This document shows positions 1 to 9,323 of a DNA stretch of 64,000 nt, piece by piece. The notes beneath the pieces were generated by a model. The model ran no database searches and had not been told where the DNA came from. It worked only from the letters and a program-made list of their open reading frames with translations. The position numbers were made by a program, and so were the translations under genes. How positions within the stretch are numbered: the first letter of the stretch is position 1; each line of letters starts with the position of its first letter. This DNA is from Methanocella sp. (GTDB lineage: Archaea > Thermoproteota > Bathyarchaeia > Bathyarchaeales > Bathycorpusculaceae). The stretch spans positions 1 through 64,000 of the forward strand of contig JBLNCY010000008.1 in assembly GCA_050261115.1 (NCBI GenBank). The letters are read 5' to 3'.

Positions 1-352
1 CCGAGAAGGATTCCACTAGCACGATAAAACGCAGAGTTAACGCAAACGCGCCCTCAATGTTCTCCGCATATAGCGTGAAGTTATTTGTAAAATACGTTGT
101 AAAAACGTTTATAACAAAAATGAGTGTCGCTAAAAACGCTGCGCCTCGAAGAGAACGAATCCATTGCTTCTGCACCCGCGCGACGAAAACAAATGGTATC
201 TGCATCAAAAAAAGAATCATTAGCGGGAAGATTTTTGAGAAGAGAATAGCTGCAATAAAGATGACTATGACATAGGCAAACTTCATGCGAGGGTCAAGGT
301 TGTGAATTGGGCTTGAGACTTTGCGGAACTTTAAGCCATCAAAAACGCTCAT
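1..352 (-). CDS. ecfT: ECF transporter transmembrane component T (5' part; runs off window edge)
   Basis: Manual translation from ATG at 352: MSVFDGLKFRKVSSPIHNLDPRMK..., an 'LDPRxK' EcfT N-terminal motif followed by hydrophobic helices; ATGA overlap with the ecfA stop. Confidence 0.85.
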   Translation of the reverse strand, partial: MSVFDGLKFRKVSSPIHNLDPRMKFAYVIVIFIAAILFSKIFPLMILFLMQIPFVFVARVQKQWIRSLRGAAFLATLIFVINVFTTYFTNNFTLYAENIEGAFALTLRFIVLVESFS

Positions 353-1173
353 TGACCCAGCCTCCCCTTAAGCTTCATCAGCATCGCCTTAGCATCATAA
401 ATGTCGATAACATCCTTAGGTAAACCCAGAGGCTCCAGCTTTGTGAAAACTTGTGCTATCTGCGGTAGCACTATCGAAGCCATCTCAAGCATAGCGGGGT
501 CCGTGAGAATTTCTCTACCCACACCGTCTGCAACAATTCGGCCTTCCCTCATTAAAACTACCCGAGGGTTACATTCTGCAACAAACTCGACATCGTGAGT
601 GACTGCCACGATGGTTTTCTTTTGCGTCTGTAACTGCATAATAAACTGGCGCAGTTTTTCCTTCTGCTCATGGTCCTGCCCAATTGTTGGCTCATCAAGG
701 ATAAGAGTTTGGGGATCCCATGCTAAAACTGAGGCCAACGCCACACGCTTCCGCTCGCCTCCACTCAATAGGAAAGGAGAGGTTTTGCGGTACTGAGCAA
801 TCGAGAGCAACTCAAGGGCCCATGTTACCCGTTCCTCGATAACCTTCTGCTCAAAGCCAAAATTATTCAGGGCAAACGAGATTTCTTCTTCGACTGTTTC
901 ACTAAAAAGCTGATGATCGGGGTTCTGGAAAACAAAACCCACGTTTCGCGCTAACTTGGCGACGCTGGTCTTAGTGGTTTCTACCCCATCGATCTTAACG
1001 GTGCCCATTGTGGGTTTGAGGAGCCCATTAAAGTGTTTAACAAACGTGGATTTGCCTGCGCCATTTTGACCCATGATTGCAACAAATTCGCCGTCTTTGA
1101 TGGTTAGGGAGACGCCTTTGAGCGCTTCAACCTTGCTGGCGTAGCTGAAATGCACGTTTTCTGCTTCAATCAT
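349..1173 (-). CDS. ecfA2: ECF transporter ATPase
   Basis: Walker A GQNGAGKST, FQNPDHQLF Q-loop, LSGGE signature, LDEPT. Confidence 0.92.
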   Translation of the reverse strand: MIEAENVHFSYASKVEALKGVSLTIKDGEFVAIMGQNGAGKSTFVKHFNGLLKPTMGTVKIDGVETTKTSVAKLARNVGFVFQNPDHQLFSETVEEEISFALNNFGFEQKVIEERVTWALELLSIAQYRKTSPFLLSGGERKRVALASVLAWDPQTLILDEPTIGQDHEQKEKLRQFIMQLQTQKKTIVAVTHDVEFVAECNPRVVLMREGRIVADGVGREILTDPAMLEMASIVLPQIAQVFTKLEPLGLPKDVIDIYDAKAMLMKLKGRLGQ

Positions 1174-2022
1174 TTAGGGCCCAAGCGCCTCCAAGATTTG
1201 GTCTGCTAGCTCTTCTGAGGAAAGCGGGGTTTTGTCAGTGAGGTTAAAGTTTTCCTTTTTTAGCAACTGGTAAAGTAGGGTCGCTTTGGGGATGCCGACG
1301 CCGATGAGACGGGTTTCTTCGTTACTTAGAATGTCCCTTGGATTACCCTCGAGGCGAATGGCGCCCTTATCCATGACAACTAGGTGATCAGTGTATTTCG
1401 CTGTGAGGTCTAATCTATGTTCCACAAGAATAACCGTAATACCCTGCTCTTTGTTTAAGCGATAGATGACTTCAAAAATTTTCTGAGCACTTAGGGGATC
1501 CAGAAACGATGTGGGTTCATCGAGAACAATAATTTCGGGTTGCATCGCCAAAACCGAAGCAATCGCTACACGTTGCTGCTGTCCGCCGCTGATTTCATGA
1601 GGCGACCGCTCCCGTATACCGTAGATGCCTGTTTCTTTAAGTGCCCAATCAACCTTCTGCCGCATCTCCGCTCGGGGAACAGCGTTGTTCTCTAAACCGA
1701 ATGCAACATCCTTTTCTACTGAAAGCGCAAAAAGCTGGTTCTCCGGATTTTGGAAAACCAGCCCCACATGTTTTGCCATTTCGTACGTGTGATGTTCGAG
1801 CACATTGAGGCCTGCTACGGTAATTTCTCCTTTTAACTCACCCTGATAGAAATGTGGGACCAACCCGTTGAAGCATCGGCACAAAGTGGTTTTTCCGCAG
1901 CCGCTTGGCCCGGTGATTAGCACGAATTCTCCCTTCTCTATCTTTAATGACACATCACGCACTGAAGGGTTTGATACGCCCGGATAGGTATAGGAGAGGT
2001 TTTTGATTTCTATTAGTGCCAT
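1174..2022 (-). CDS. ecfA1: ECF transporter ATPase
   Basis: GPSGCGKTT, FQNPENQLF, ISGGQQQR, LDEPT; tandem with second ATPase and ecfT. Confidence 0.92.
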   Translation of the reverse strand: MALIEIKNLSYTYPGVSNPSVRDVSLKIEKGEFVLITGPSGCGKTTLCRCFNGLVPHFYQGELKGEITVAGLNVLEHHTYEMAKHVGLVFQNPENQLFALSVEKDVAFGLENNAVPRAEMRQKVDWALKETGIYGIRERSPHEISGGQQQRVAIASVLAMQPEIIVLDEPTSFLDPLSAQKIFEVIYRLNKEQGITVILVEHRLDLTAKYTDHLVVMDKGAIRLEGNPRDILSNEETRLIGVGIPKATLLYQLLKKENFNLTDKTPLSSEELADQILEALGP

Positions 2023-2120
2023 TTGTGCTTGCTCACCTTAAGCGTGAAGGTTTGTTCATTTAAGCGTAGCTACCCAGTTTTGATAATTTTCTCTTGAACT
2101 GATTCTTTTTTAAGAATTCT

Positions 2121-3128
2121 CTAAACCAGTTTTGACTCATGATTGGTGAGTTTTTGCTCTAACAGTTTCTGACACTGCTTTAAGGCGTCTTGGATTTCGC
2201 CGCTCCCGCTGACACCGGCAGCCATCGCGTGCCCACCACCGACGCCGCCAAGGTATTCGCCTAGAGGTGTAGCTATTTCGGTTCCAAGATGGACGTTTGT
2301 TTGCTCGTAGAAATCACGGGTGCTTCGCAGACTGATTTCGATTTTACCGCTTTTTTTACCTGCGACCGCTGATACATGGGCGCCCAAGTCAATCAAGGAT
2401 TTAGCAGCTGAAGCCTGGTAAGCGCTAACATGCGAGAGAGCTATAAGCCATTCACCGACCTTTAGAATTTTTGCCCGTTTACATGCTTTGAGTTTAGCTG
2501 TGCGCTCGGATAGATCGATCGGTAGCGAGTAAGCTAAGAGGGTCTTTTGGGCGTCAATGCCTTCTGCTACCAGTTTGGCAATTATTTGGAAGGTAGGTGA
2601 GTTTGCAAGGGCAAAGTGGCGAGTGTCAAATGCGATGCCAACAAACATCGCCGTAGCCTCCTGCAGGGTAGGGCGTATGTCTACCTCAGCGTAGAGACGG
2701 TAGATGAGTTCACAGTTAGCTGCTGCACTGTCATCGACAAAGCAAAGTTTACAGATCTGTAGGGTTTCTTGGTTGGGGGCATGATGGTCGATGATGATTT
2801 TCGCCGCTGGAGAATTTTGAACTACTTCTGCTGCTTCGTCAAGTTGCTTGACGGTGTTCATATCTAAGAGTATGAAAGTACCCGCTGATTCGAGGTTGGG
2901 CTTAAGGTTAACTGTTATAGGCAGATTCTCTAGGAGAGTTTTTGAGGGCTTGTTTATGCCGGCAGGACAACCAATCTCAAAGACAACATTAGGAAGAAAA
3001 CGCTTCAGCAACCCCTGTAGGGCATAGGCAGAGCATATGGCATCGGCGTCAGCGCTACGGTGGCATAGTAAAAGAACAAAGCTTGCCTGTTGCTGCTCTA
3101 TGGAGGCGACGATTTCTCTGAGGGTCAT
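2121..3128 (-). CDS. DHH-family phosphoesterase (DHH + DHHA1)
   Basis: HRSADADA, IIDHH, GGGHAMAAG motifs. Confidence 0.88.
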   Translation of the reverse strand: MTLREIVASIEQQQASFVLLLCHRSADADAICSAYALQGLLKRFLPNVVFEIGCPAGINKPSKTLLENLPITVNLKPNLESAGTFILLDMNTVKQLDEAAEVVQNSPAAKIIIDHHAPNQETLQICKLCFVDDSAAANCELIYRLYAEVDIRPTLQEATAMFVGIAFDTRHFALANSPTFQIIAKLVAEGIDAQKTLLAYSLPIDLSERTAKLKACKRAKILKVGEWLIALSHVSAYQASAAKSLIDLGAHVSAVAGKKSGKIEISLRSTRDFYEQTNVHLGTEIATPLGEYLGGVGGGHAMAAGVSGSGEIQDALKQCQKLLEQKLTNHESKLV

Positions 3129-3412
3129 TTTAGTTTACTCAAAAAGTTTTCTGTCGCCTCATGAGCTTTAGCTATCGCAGACTTTACATAAGCCTCTGCG
3201 TCGCCTTGGGTTGTTTTCGCCAAGAGGAGGTTGATTTCAACGGTTACGTTGACGGGTTTGGTTCCTTCAACTTCAACTGCGATGTCTAGGCGTTCGACGT
3301 CTTTGTTAGCCACATTAGACAAAATGCTCTTACGTGCTGCCTCTTCTGCGGTTTGGCATAAAAGTTCAATTTGCTCGGTGGATAGCTCAGGAAAGCCGAG
3401 CTCGTCCATCAA
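3125..3412 (-). CDS. DUF3194-like small archaeal protein
   Basis: 95 aa, 'LPELS.EQIE.LC..AEEAARK'; conserved position between prefoldin beta and DHH gene. Confidence 0.65.
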   Translation of the reverse strand: MMDELGFPELSTEQIELLCQTAEEAARKSILSNVANKDVERLDIAVEVEGTKPVNVTVEINLLLAKTTQGDAEAYVKSAIAKAHEATENFLSKLK

Positions 3413-3428
3413 GCATCAACTCTTCCGT

Positions 3429-3803
3429 TTAAGAGAGCGGTTGACCTGAGACGGGTCTTAGGTCTTCCTGAAGTTTAGTTTGCGACTCTTTGACCTGGGC
3501 TTTTATGCGTTCTTCCTGCCTGTTGATAACGGTGCTGCGTGTTTCAAGCAGTGATTTGCGTTCATTGAGCTTTTCAAGAACTTGGGCTTTGTCGGTTTTT
3601 ATCAGTAATGACCCTACTGAGTTGTAGATGACTGCGTCGTCTGCGGTTTTTTGTAGTTCAGCGAGGGTTTGTTCAACCTCGTTCTTTTCCATTTCAACCT
3701 GCTGTTTCTGAGCCATAATAGATTGAAGTGTTTGCTGAAGCTGTTGGAGCCTTAGGAGCCTTTCCTGTACATTAGGCGGTAACTTGGTTAATTCGTCACT
3801 CAA
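3429..3803 (-). CDS. pfdB: Prefoldin subunit beta
   Basis: LPPNVQ..L..LQQLQQ coiled coil, 'IYNSVGSLLIK' hairpin. Confidence 0.92.
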   Translation of the reverse strand: MSDELTKLPPNVQERLLRLQQLQQTLQSIMAQKQQVEMEKNEVEQTLAELQKTADDAVIYNSVGSLLIKTDKAQVLEKLNERKSLLETRSTVINRQEERIKAQVKESQTKLQEDLRPVSGQPLS

Positions 3804-3992
3804 AGTGAATCCCTTCCAGCACCAAATGTGGGACGCTATTAATTAAGGGTTTCCAGCAGATTTGATGCTAAGTATGTGATTTTTAATTTTTGGAGCAATT
3901 TGAGGATTTTTAGGCTCGCTTCTTTTGTTAGCCTATGGGTTTGCGCTTCTTGTTCTGCAACCAGTTCTACGTCTGGGGATGTGTTGATGTGA

Positions 3993-4050
3993 CCTGTTGC
4001 TCTCACAGGGACCCCCCTCCCTTATATATGAATCAACTACAGGTTCAACC
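3993..4050 (+). repeat. Dispersed ~55-bp intergenic element, copy 1
   Basis: CCTGTTGCTC...CCCCTCCCTTATATATGAATCAACTACAGGTTCAACC; matches copies at 41496, 47960 and 54269. Confidence 0.8.
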
Positions 4051-4070
4051 TACGCATCCCTAAATGGGTG

Positions 4071-4466
4071 TTAGATTTCGTCAGGGGCTTCTAGTTTCCA
4101 AGTGAAAATCGGCTGCAGAACCCTCTTAACATCATCAAGCATCAAAAACTCGTTTCCCTGCATAAACTGAATGCTCCACTGATACTTTTCTTTGCCTCTG
4201 TGGAGCCTGATTTGGATTGTGCGGAACGTCTTTTTGAGTTCTACACGATCCACTTCCCTGTAGGGTAGGGCAAAGTTGTTTTTGTCGCCGTTAAGCAGCA
4301 GCTGCTCAGGTATGAGGTTTGCCATCTCTTTTGCTTTAGACCGCTCGGTTCGGGCTACTATGAGTTTGTCTTTGGTGAAGTAGAGGGTCTCATAGATTTC
4401 AAAGCGAGCCCAACCTACCAACCTTATCCCGCCAAACAACGCCAAGGGCTTACTGTCAACAGACAT
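4071..4466 (-). CDS. Hypothetical protein (possible PH-like beta fold)
   Basis: 131-aa ORF; 'LYFTKDKLIVAR...NFALPYREVDRVELKK' pattern resembles PH-like domains. Confidence 0.5.
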   Translation of the reverse strand: MSVDSKPLALFGGIRLVGWARFEIYETLYFTKDKLIVARTERSKAKEMANLIPEQLLLNGDKNNFALPYREVDRVELKKTFRTIQIRLHRGKEKYQWSIQFMQGNEFLMLDDVKRVLQPIFTWKLEAPDEI

Positions 4467-4492
4467 ACAATCTACTTTGACAGTTTATGCAT

Positions 4493-4806
4493 TTAAGCTC
4501 TAGGAAACCCCAGGCAGTTGTCAGCAACTAATCGCCGAATTAGCGCTAAGAAGGGCTTGTAATAGTCAGGGTCAGATAATCTACTTTTCCGAAAAACAAG
4601 ATAACCCAAAGAGCCACCGATAACCGCACCAGCAGTCATGCTAACTATTATCCATAGATCGAAGGGCATAGAACTTTTTATAAGCCCAGCCCTTGATAGC
4701 CCAACTATCGCCAGTCCTCCGCCGAAGAAAAGCGCCACCGCTCCAATATAGCGCCAACAAAGATTAGCACCAACTTTGAAGCCAACATTACTCCTCGCGG
4801 CGTCAT
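4493..4806 (-). pseudogene. Small membrane protein with apparent 1-nt frameshift near 4743
   Basis: ATG at 4806 gives MTPRGVMLASKLVLIFVGAIL; restoring one G joins it to GAVALFFGGGLAIVGLS... in the track ORF frame, forming a continuous TM helix. Confidence 0.5.
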
Positions 4807-4856
4807 AAATGATAGTAGCACAGTTTGCTTTTACATTTTTTTGAGTAACCCTCTGT

Positions 4857-5744
4857 TTAGGGTTGGGGTTTTTGTTTGCGTGCGGTGACTTCATTGAGGG
4901 TTTCTTTCATTTTTCGTGCATCCACATCCAGCAGGGGTGATTCGCAGATCATGGTGGGATGCATCCCAAACTCTAAAAGCACCTCAGCTAGCATGGCGAA
5001 GTCTGGGCCGTATGCTGCTTCGTCAAGGGTGTGATGGCTTTTTTCTCCCGAGGCGCCAAATTCTATTTTAGAGAAGTGGCAGTGCATGGTGCGGAGGGTT
5101 TGGGTGCCGAGTTCCTGCTCGATTTTAATGGCGACTTTGCGCATATCCTCCACGGTTTTAAATGAGCCCTGATGTAGCGCATGGAGGTGCCCCCAGTCGA
5201 CCACTAGCTGCGTATTCTCTACTTCTCGGTTTATCGTTATTATTTCGTCTATGCCGCCTAGTTGGGTTTTGCGGCCCATCGTTTCGGGTCCAAGCTTGGC
5301 TTTTATGCCCATGGATTTCATGCGTGAAGAGATGTCTTTAAGTTCTGTTATGCAGGTTTTTAGTGCGTAGTCTTTGTCGAATTTTCCATAAAACGCCGTG
5401 TGGAAGACGATGACGTAGGCGTTCATCCAGTTTGCTGCGGTTGCGGCTGCGAGTATTCGTTCTTTGCTGGCTTGGACGACTTCTTTTTTGCCCAGCAGGT
5501 TGATGAAGTAGCTACCATGCATGCTTAGTTTAACGTCATTTTTGGTTGCTTCGTCGCCTAGTTTCTGGGCATCTGATTGTTTAATTTGCGGTTTAGTGCC
5601 CCAGCGTGAAGCCTGGTACTCAAATGCGTCCAATCCCTCCATTTTGAGTAGTTTAGGGACATCAAAGGTTGTTGCGCCCATTAATCGGAACATGGGTGGG
5701 ACGCCTGCGGGGCCAAACCGTGTATGCTCAGACATCAATTTCAC
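4857..5744 (-). CDS. nfo: Endonuclease IV / AP endonuclease family 2 (TIM barrel)
   Basis: RFGPAG, SMHGSYFINL, GPETMG, DWGHLHA, HCHFSKIE, ICESP motifs. Confidence 0.88.
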   Translation of the reverse strand: MKLMSEHTRFGPAGVPPMFRLMGATTFDVPKLLKMEGLDAFEYQASRWGTKPQIKQSDAQKLGDEATKNDVKLSMHGSYFINLLGKKEVVQASKERILAAATAANWMNAYVIVFHTAFYGKFDKDYALKTCITELKDISSRMKSMGIKAKLGPETMGRKTQLGGIDEIITINREVENTQLVVDWGHLHALHQGSFKTVEDMRKVAIKIEQELGTQTLRTMHCHFSKIEFGASGEKSHHTLDEAAYGPDFAMLAEVLLEFGMHPTMICESPLLDVDARKMKETLNEVTARKQKPQP

Positions 5745-5837
5745 TTACGGTGTAGTGGGAGTCATTGACATTAAGGCTTTCCGCTATATAGGAAAAAACG
5801 GATTGTCAATCCTAAAAATAATAAAAAGGAAGAAAGT

Positions 5838-7016
5838 TTAGGCTTTCTTGTATTCAGCTGCGGCTTTCTTTAAAATTTCAGCTTTGTCGCAGCATTCCCA
5901 TGGGAACTCGACATCGTCACGGCCAAAGTGACCGAAGGCTGCGGTTTTCTTGTAGATCGGTCTGCGCAGGTTTAGGGTTGTAATTATGCCGTGTGGGGTC
6001 ATGTCAAAGTTTTTCTGGACTATGTCGAGGATTTGCTCGTCTGGGAGTTTGCCTGTGCCGTTAGTGTTGACTAAGACGCTGATTGGTTTGGCGACACCGA
6101 TAGCGTAGCTTATTTGGACTTCGCATTGGTCTGCTAATCCTGCTGCAACAACGTTCTTTGCGATGTAGCGTGCCATGTAGCATCCGCTGCGGTCAACCTT
6201 GGAGGGGTCTTTGCCGCTGAAGCATCCGCCGCCGTGGCTGCCTACACCGCCGTAGGTGTCGACGATAATTTTGCGTCCAGTTAAGCCACTGTCTGCAAGT
6301 GTTCCACCGATGACAAAGCGGCCGGTACCGTTTATGACATAGTTTACGTCGGGGGAGAGCATGTCTGGTGGGATAACTTTTTTGATTACTTGTTCAATGA
6401 TTTGTTTTTTCAATACGGAGTCTTCTACAGAGCCGTTGTTTTGGGCTGCTATGACAACGGTTTTGACGCATTTTGGTTTGCCGTTTTCATATTCGACGGT
6501 TACTTGGGATTTGCAGTCTGGGCGTAGGTAGGGCATGGTGCCGTTATGGCGTACCTCTGCTAGACGCTTTACTAAGCGGTGGGCTAGCAGGATTGGTAGT
6601 GGCATGAGTTCTTTGGTTTCGTTTGTAGCGTAGCCGAAGACCATGCCTTGGTCGCCTGCGCCTTGCTCTTTACCGTTAGATTCCTGTACACCCATGGCGA
6701 TGTCTGGGGACTGCTCGGTGAGTGAAACTAGGATGCCGCAGGTTTCCCAGTCTAAGCCGTCTTTGGCGTTGTCAAAGCCGATTTCTTTGAGAGTATTGCG
6801 GACAATGTTTGGGATGTTGATTGTGGCTTTGGTGGTGATTTGGCCAGTGATTACGACTGTTCCCTGCATGACGAGGGTTTCGCAGTCGACGTGTGCTTTT
6901 GGATCCTGGCTAAAGATTGCATCTAGAACGCTGTCAGAGATTTGGTCGGCAACTTTGTCAGGGTGACCTTCTCCGACGGATTCGGATGTGAACAAATATT
7001 TTCCGTTTCGGTTCAA
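5838..7016 (-). CDS. metK: Methionine adenosyltransferase, bacterial/eukaryotic type
   Basis: [52 protein letters not shown]. Confidence 0.97.
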   Translation of the reverse strand: MNRNGKYLFTSESVGEGHPDKVADQISDSVLDAIFSQDPKAHVDCETLVMQGTVVITGQITTKATINIPNIVRNTLKEIGFDNAKDGLDWETCGILVSLTEQSPDIAMGVQESNGKEQGAGDQGMVFGYATNETKELMPLPILLAHRLVKRLAEVRHNGTMPYLRPDCKSQVTVEYENGKPKCVKTVVIAAQNNGSVEDSVLKKQIIEQVIKKVIPPDMLSPDVNYVINGTGRFVIGGTLADSGLTGRKIIVDTYGGVGSHGGGCFSGKDPSKVDRSGCYMARYIAKNVVAAGLADQCEVQISYAIGVAKPISVLVNTNGTGKLPDEQILDIVQKNFDMTPHGIITTLNLRRPIYKKTAAFGHFGRDDVEFPWECCDKAEILKKAAAEYKKA

Positions 7017-7170
7017 AGTTCTCTCTTCCTTAGTAAACTATTGTCTTAACCTACCTCTCGGTTTTCTTATAACGTTTTCTGAATAAAATATTCCAATCAT
7101 AATACATCATGGGAGAGGTAATCCTCCTCTACATAAGAGTTTAAAAATGAAACCCAACACACTAGTTACC

Positions 7171-7575
7171 ATGAAGCAAGCCATCACAAGCCCAAACGCG
7201 CCCAAACCAGTCGGCCCCTACAGCCAAGCCATCCAAACAGACAACACACTCTACATATCAGGCCAACTAGCAATCGACCCCAAAACCAACACGCTAGTCA
7301 CAGGAGACATCAAAGCACAGACAAAGCAGGTTATAGAAAACATCCAAGCCATCCTATTTGGGGCCGGTTATACTCTAAACGATGTTGTTCAAACAACTGT
7401 GTATCTCTCTTCTATGTCGTTGTTTAGTGCTTTTAACGAAGAATACAGCCGATACTTTCAGGAGCCCTATCCAGCCCGCGCCACGGTAGCCTGTGAACTC
7501 AAAGCGGGCGCATTAGTGGAGATCTCCGCTGTGGCCTACAAGAAGAACACTCAACGTCGAATCGACAAGTTATAA
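7171..7575 (+). CDS. ridA: RidA/YjgF/UK114 family enamine deaminase
   Basis: APKPVGPYSQAI, SGQL, YPARATV, LVEI; ATG 7171 preferred over 7147. Confidence 0.9.
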   Translation: MKQAITSPNAPKPVGPYSQAIQTDNTLYISGQLAIDPKTNTLVTGDIKAQTKQVIENIQAILFGAGYTLNDVVQTTVYLSSMSLFSAFNEEYSRYFQEPYPARATVACELKAGALVEISAVAYKKNTQRRIDKL

Positions 7576-7613
7576 GTATCTATTTGATGCTACAGTATAG
7601 CAGGGACCCCCAC

Positions 7614-8240
7614 ATGGCTACACCACTGAAAAAGTTTATGCTAGAACTCTCAGGCAAGAAAGCCCCCGGTCCCTCAACATCTTTTACGATATTTCATATT
7701 TACTATGCCCTGCAACTCTTAGCGCAGAGACAAATTGGACGCAACAAACTTGCCGAACAGCTACAAGTCGGGGACGGAACCATCAGAACCATCATCAGCC
7801 GCCTACGGGAAGCCGGTTTAATTGACACCTCAAAGGCAGGCTGTGGCTTAACAGAGAAAGGCCGAGAAATATGGCATAAATTCGAAACGTTATTTCCAAA
7901 AGAGATCGCTTTTGGCAAATCAGAATTGAACCCAAACGAGTACAACCATGCCATTTTAGTTAAGAACTGCGGCGAGAGAGTCGGCTCAGGCATAAATCAG
8001 CGTGACGCCGCCATAATTGCTGGTGCACGAAAAGCGCTCGTCATGGTTTATCAGCAGGGTCACTTGCGGATTGAATCTGTGGTGGATGATATGGAGAAGC
8101 AGTACCCAAAAACTGCCAAGCAGATGATTGAGCAGCTCCAGCCAGAGGAAAACGACGCCATCGTAATAGTCAGCGCCGAATCCGCGTTTAAGGCCAAGCG
8201 CGGCGCATTTGCCGCCAGTTGGTCGCTTATCAACGTCTAA
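7614..8240 (+). CDS. wHTH transcriptional regulator, DUF4443/DUF2111-like
   Basis: IGRNKLAEQLQVGDGTIRTII HTH, LTEKG wing, GINQRDAAIIAGA C-domain. Confidence 0.75.
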   Translation: MATPLKKFMLELSGKKAPGPSTSFTIFHIYYALQLLAQRQIGRNKLAEQLQVGDGTIRTIISRLREAGLIDTSKAGCGLTEKGREIWHKFETLFPKEIAFGKSELNPNEYNHAILVKNCGERVGSGINQRDAAIIAGARKALVMVYQQGHLRIESVVDDMEKQYPKTAKQMIEQLQPEENDAIVIVSAESAFKAKRGAFAASWSLINV

Positions 8241-8246
8241 AAAAGG

Positions 8247-9008
8247 TTAGGTTGTGTATTTTTCTCCATAGTTGAGGATGCGTTCGAGTGTGGTGTTAAT
8301 GTTTACCATGCCTTCGTTGGTTTTTGATGAGTTGGGCATGAGGAGGAATTTTAAGCCGAGTTTGTTGATGGCTGACATCATGTTTTGGCTAAAGAGGCGT
8401 TTAGTTTCGTCTAGTTTTGAGTGTAGGGCGTCTTCGAGTGCCATGGGATTAGCAGACCAGGATGCGACTGCTTGGGCATCTTTTTTGGGGATTAAATCAA
8501 CTTTGGAGAGGATATGGAGTTGGGGCTGGAAGAAGCGGTTGTAGACGGCTGCAGAGAGGAACATGTTAGAGACGTAGTTGAAGGGGTTAACGCTAAACAC
8601 TGCATCAAAGAGGTAAAGTAGCGCTTTGGGTTCACGGGTTAACTCGTCAACTATGTAGGGGCCTGAGGCGCGGAAAGCAAAAAGCTCCATTTGCCCAGGC
8701 GTATCCACAAGAACCAAGTCGGCGTGGACTTCGTCTATGTCGCGGGTGAGGTTATCGATTTCGTCAGCAATCAAGTCTGCTGCCATGATTAAGGCACCGT
8801 TGGGGCCCAAGTTGTACTTCTCCATGAGGTCGCCGACGTCTACGTAGTTGCGTACGTCTACATCGGGTTGGTAGGGTAGCTTTAAGGCGCCGGGGTCAAG
8901 GTTGACGATGGCGACGTCTTGTTTGTTCATTTTTAGCCATTCGGCGAATGATGCTGTGAAATGTGATTTGCCGCTTCCCGCGGTTCCGATGATGAATGCT
9001 AGGGGCAT
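8247..9008 (-). CDS. GPN-loop GTPase
   Basis: GTAGSGKS, VNLDPG, LGPNGAL, DTPGQMELF, SKVD. Confidence 0.93.
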   Translation of the reverse strand: MPLAFIIGTAGSGKSHFTASFAEWLKMNKQDVAIVNLDPGALKLPYQPDVDVRNYVDVGDLMEKYNLGPNGALIMAADLIADEIDNLTRDIDEVHADLVLVDTPGQMELFAFRASGPYIVDELTREPKALLYLFDAVFSVNPFNYVSNMFLSAAVYNRFFQPQLHILSKVDLIPKKDAQAVASWSANPMALEDALHSKLDETKRLFSQNMMSAINKLGLKFLLMPNSSKTNEGMVNINTTLERILNYGEKYTT

Positions 9009-9323
9009 AAGGGTTCTCCGAGTAGGTGTGCATCAAATCAGGTAATGAACCTTTCTGCACAACCCGCACAGCATGCGGCATGGAGTCGTCGATGCTAATT
9101 ATGGCTGCAACATGCAATTGCCGCCTTTAATGGGCACACCAGTTTTACCTATAGAGGAGCGCGATTTGGGTGGGATGGCAGTGTCTTAAGATAAGTGTTG
9201 TGTTACGGGTCCTACTGTTGTGCCTTGCATTAGCTAGGAAGCTGGGAAAAACTTATATCCCCTGCTATAGTTGTTGAATTCCAGCTTATACTCAAATAAT
9301 CTAGAAAAAATTGGTGAAACGTT

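Noticed and set aside
3993-4050. Dispersed element as ORB origin box, dif site or MITE
   Set aside because: No TTCCAGTGGAA-like ORB core, no cdc6 nearby, no dif-like symmetry, no terminal inverted repeats; kept as an unexplained repeat.
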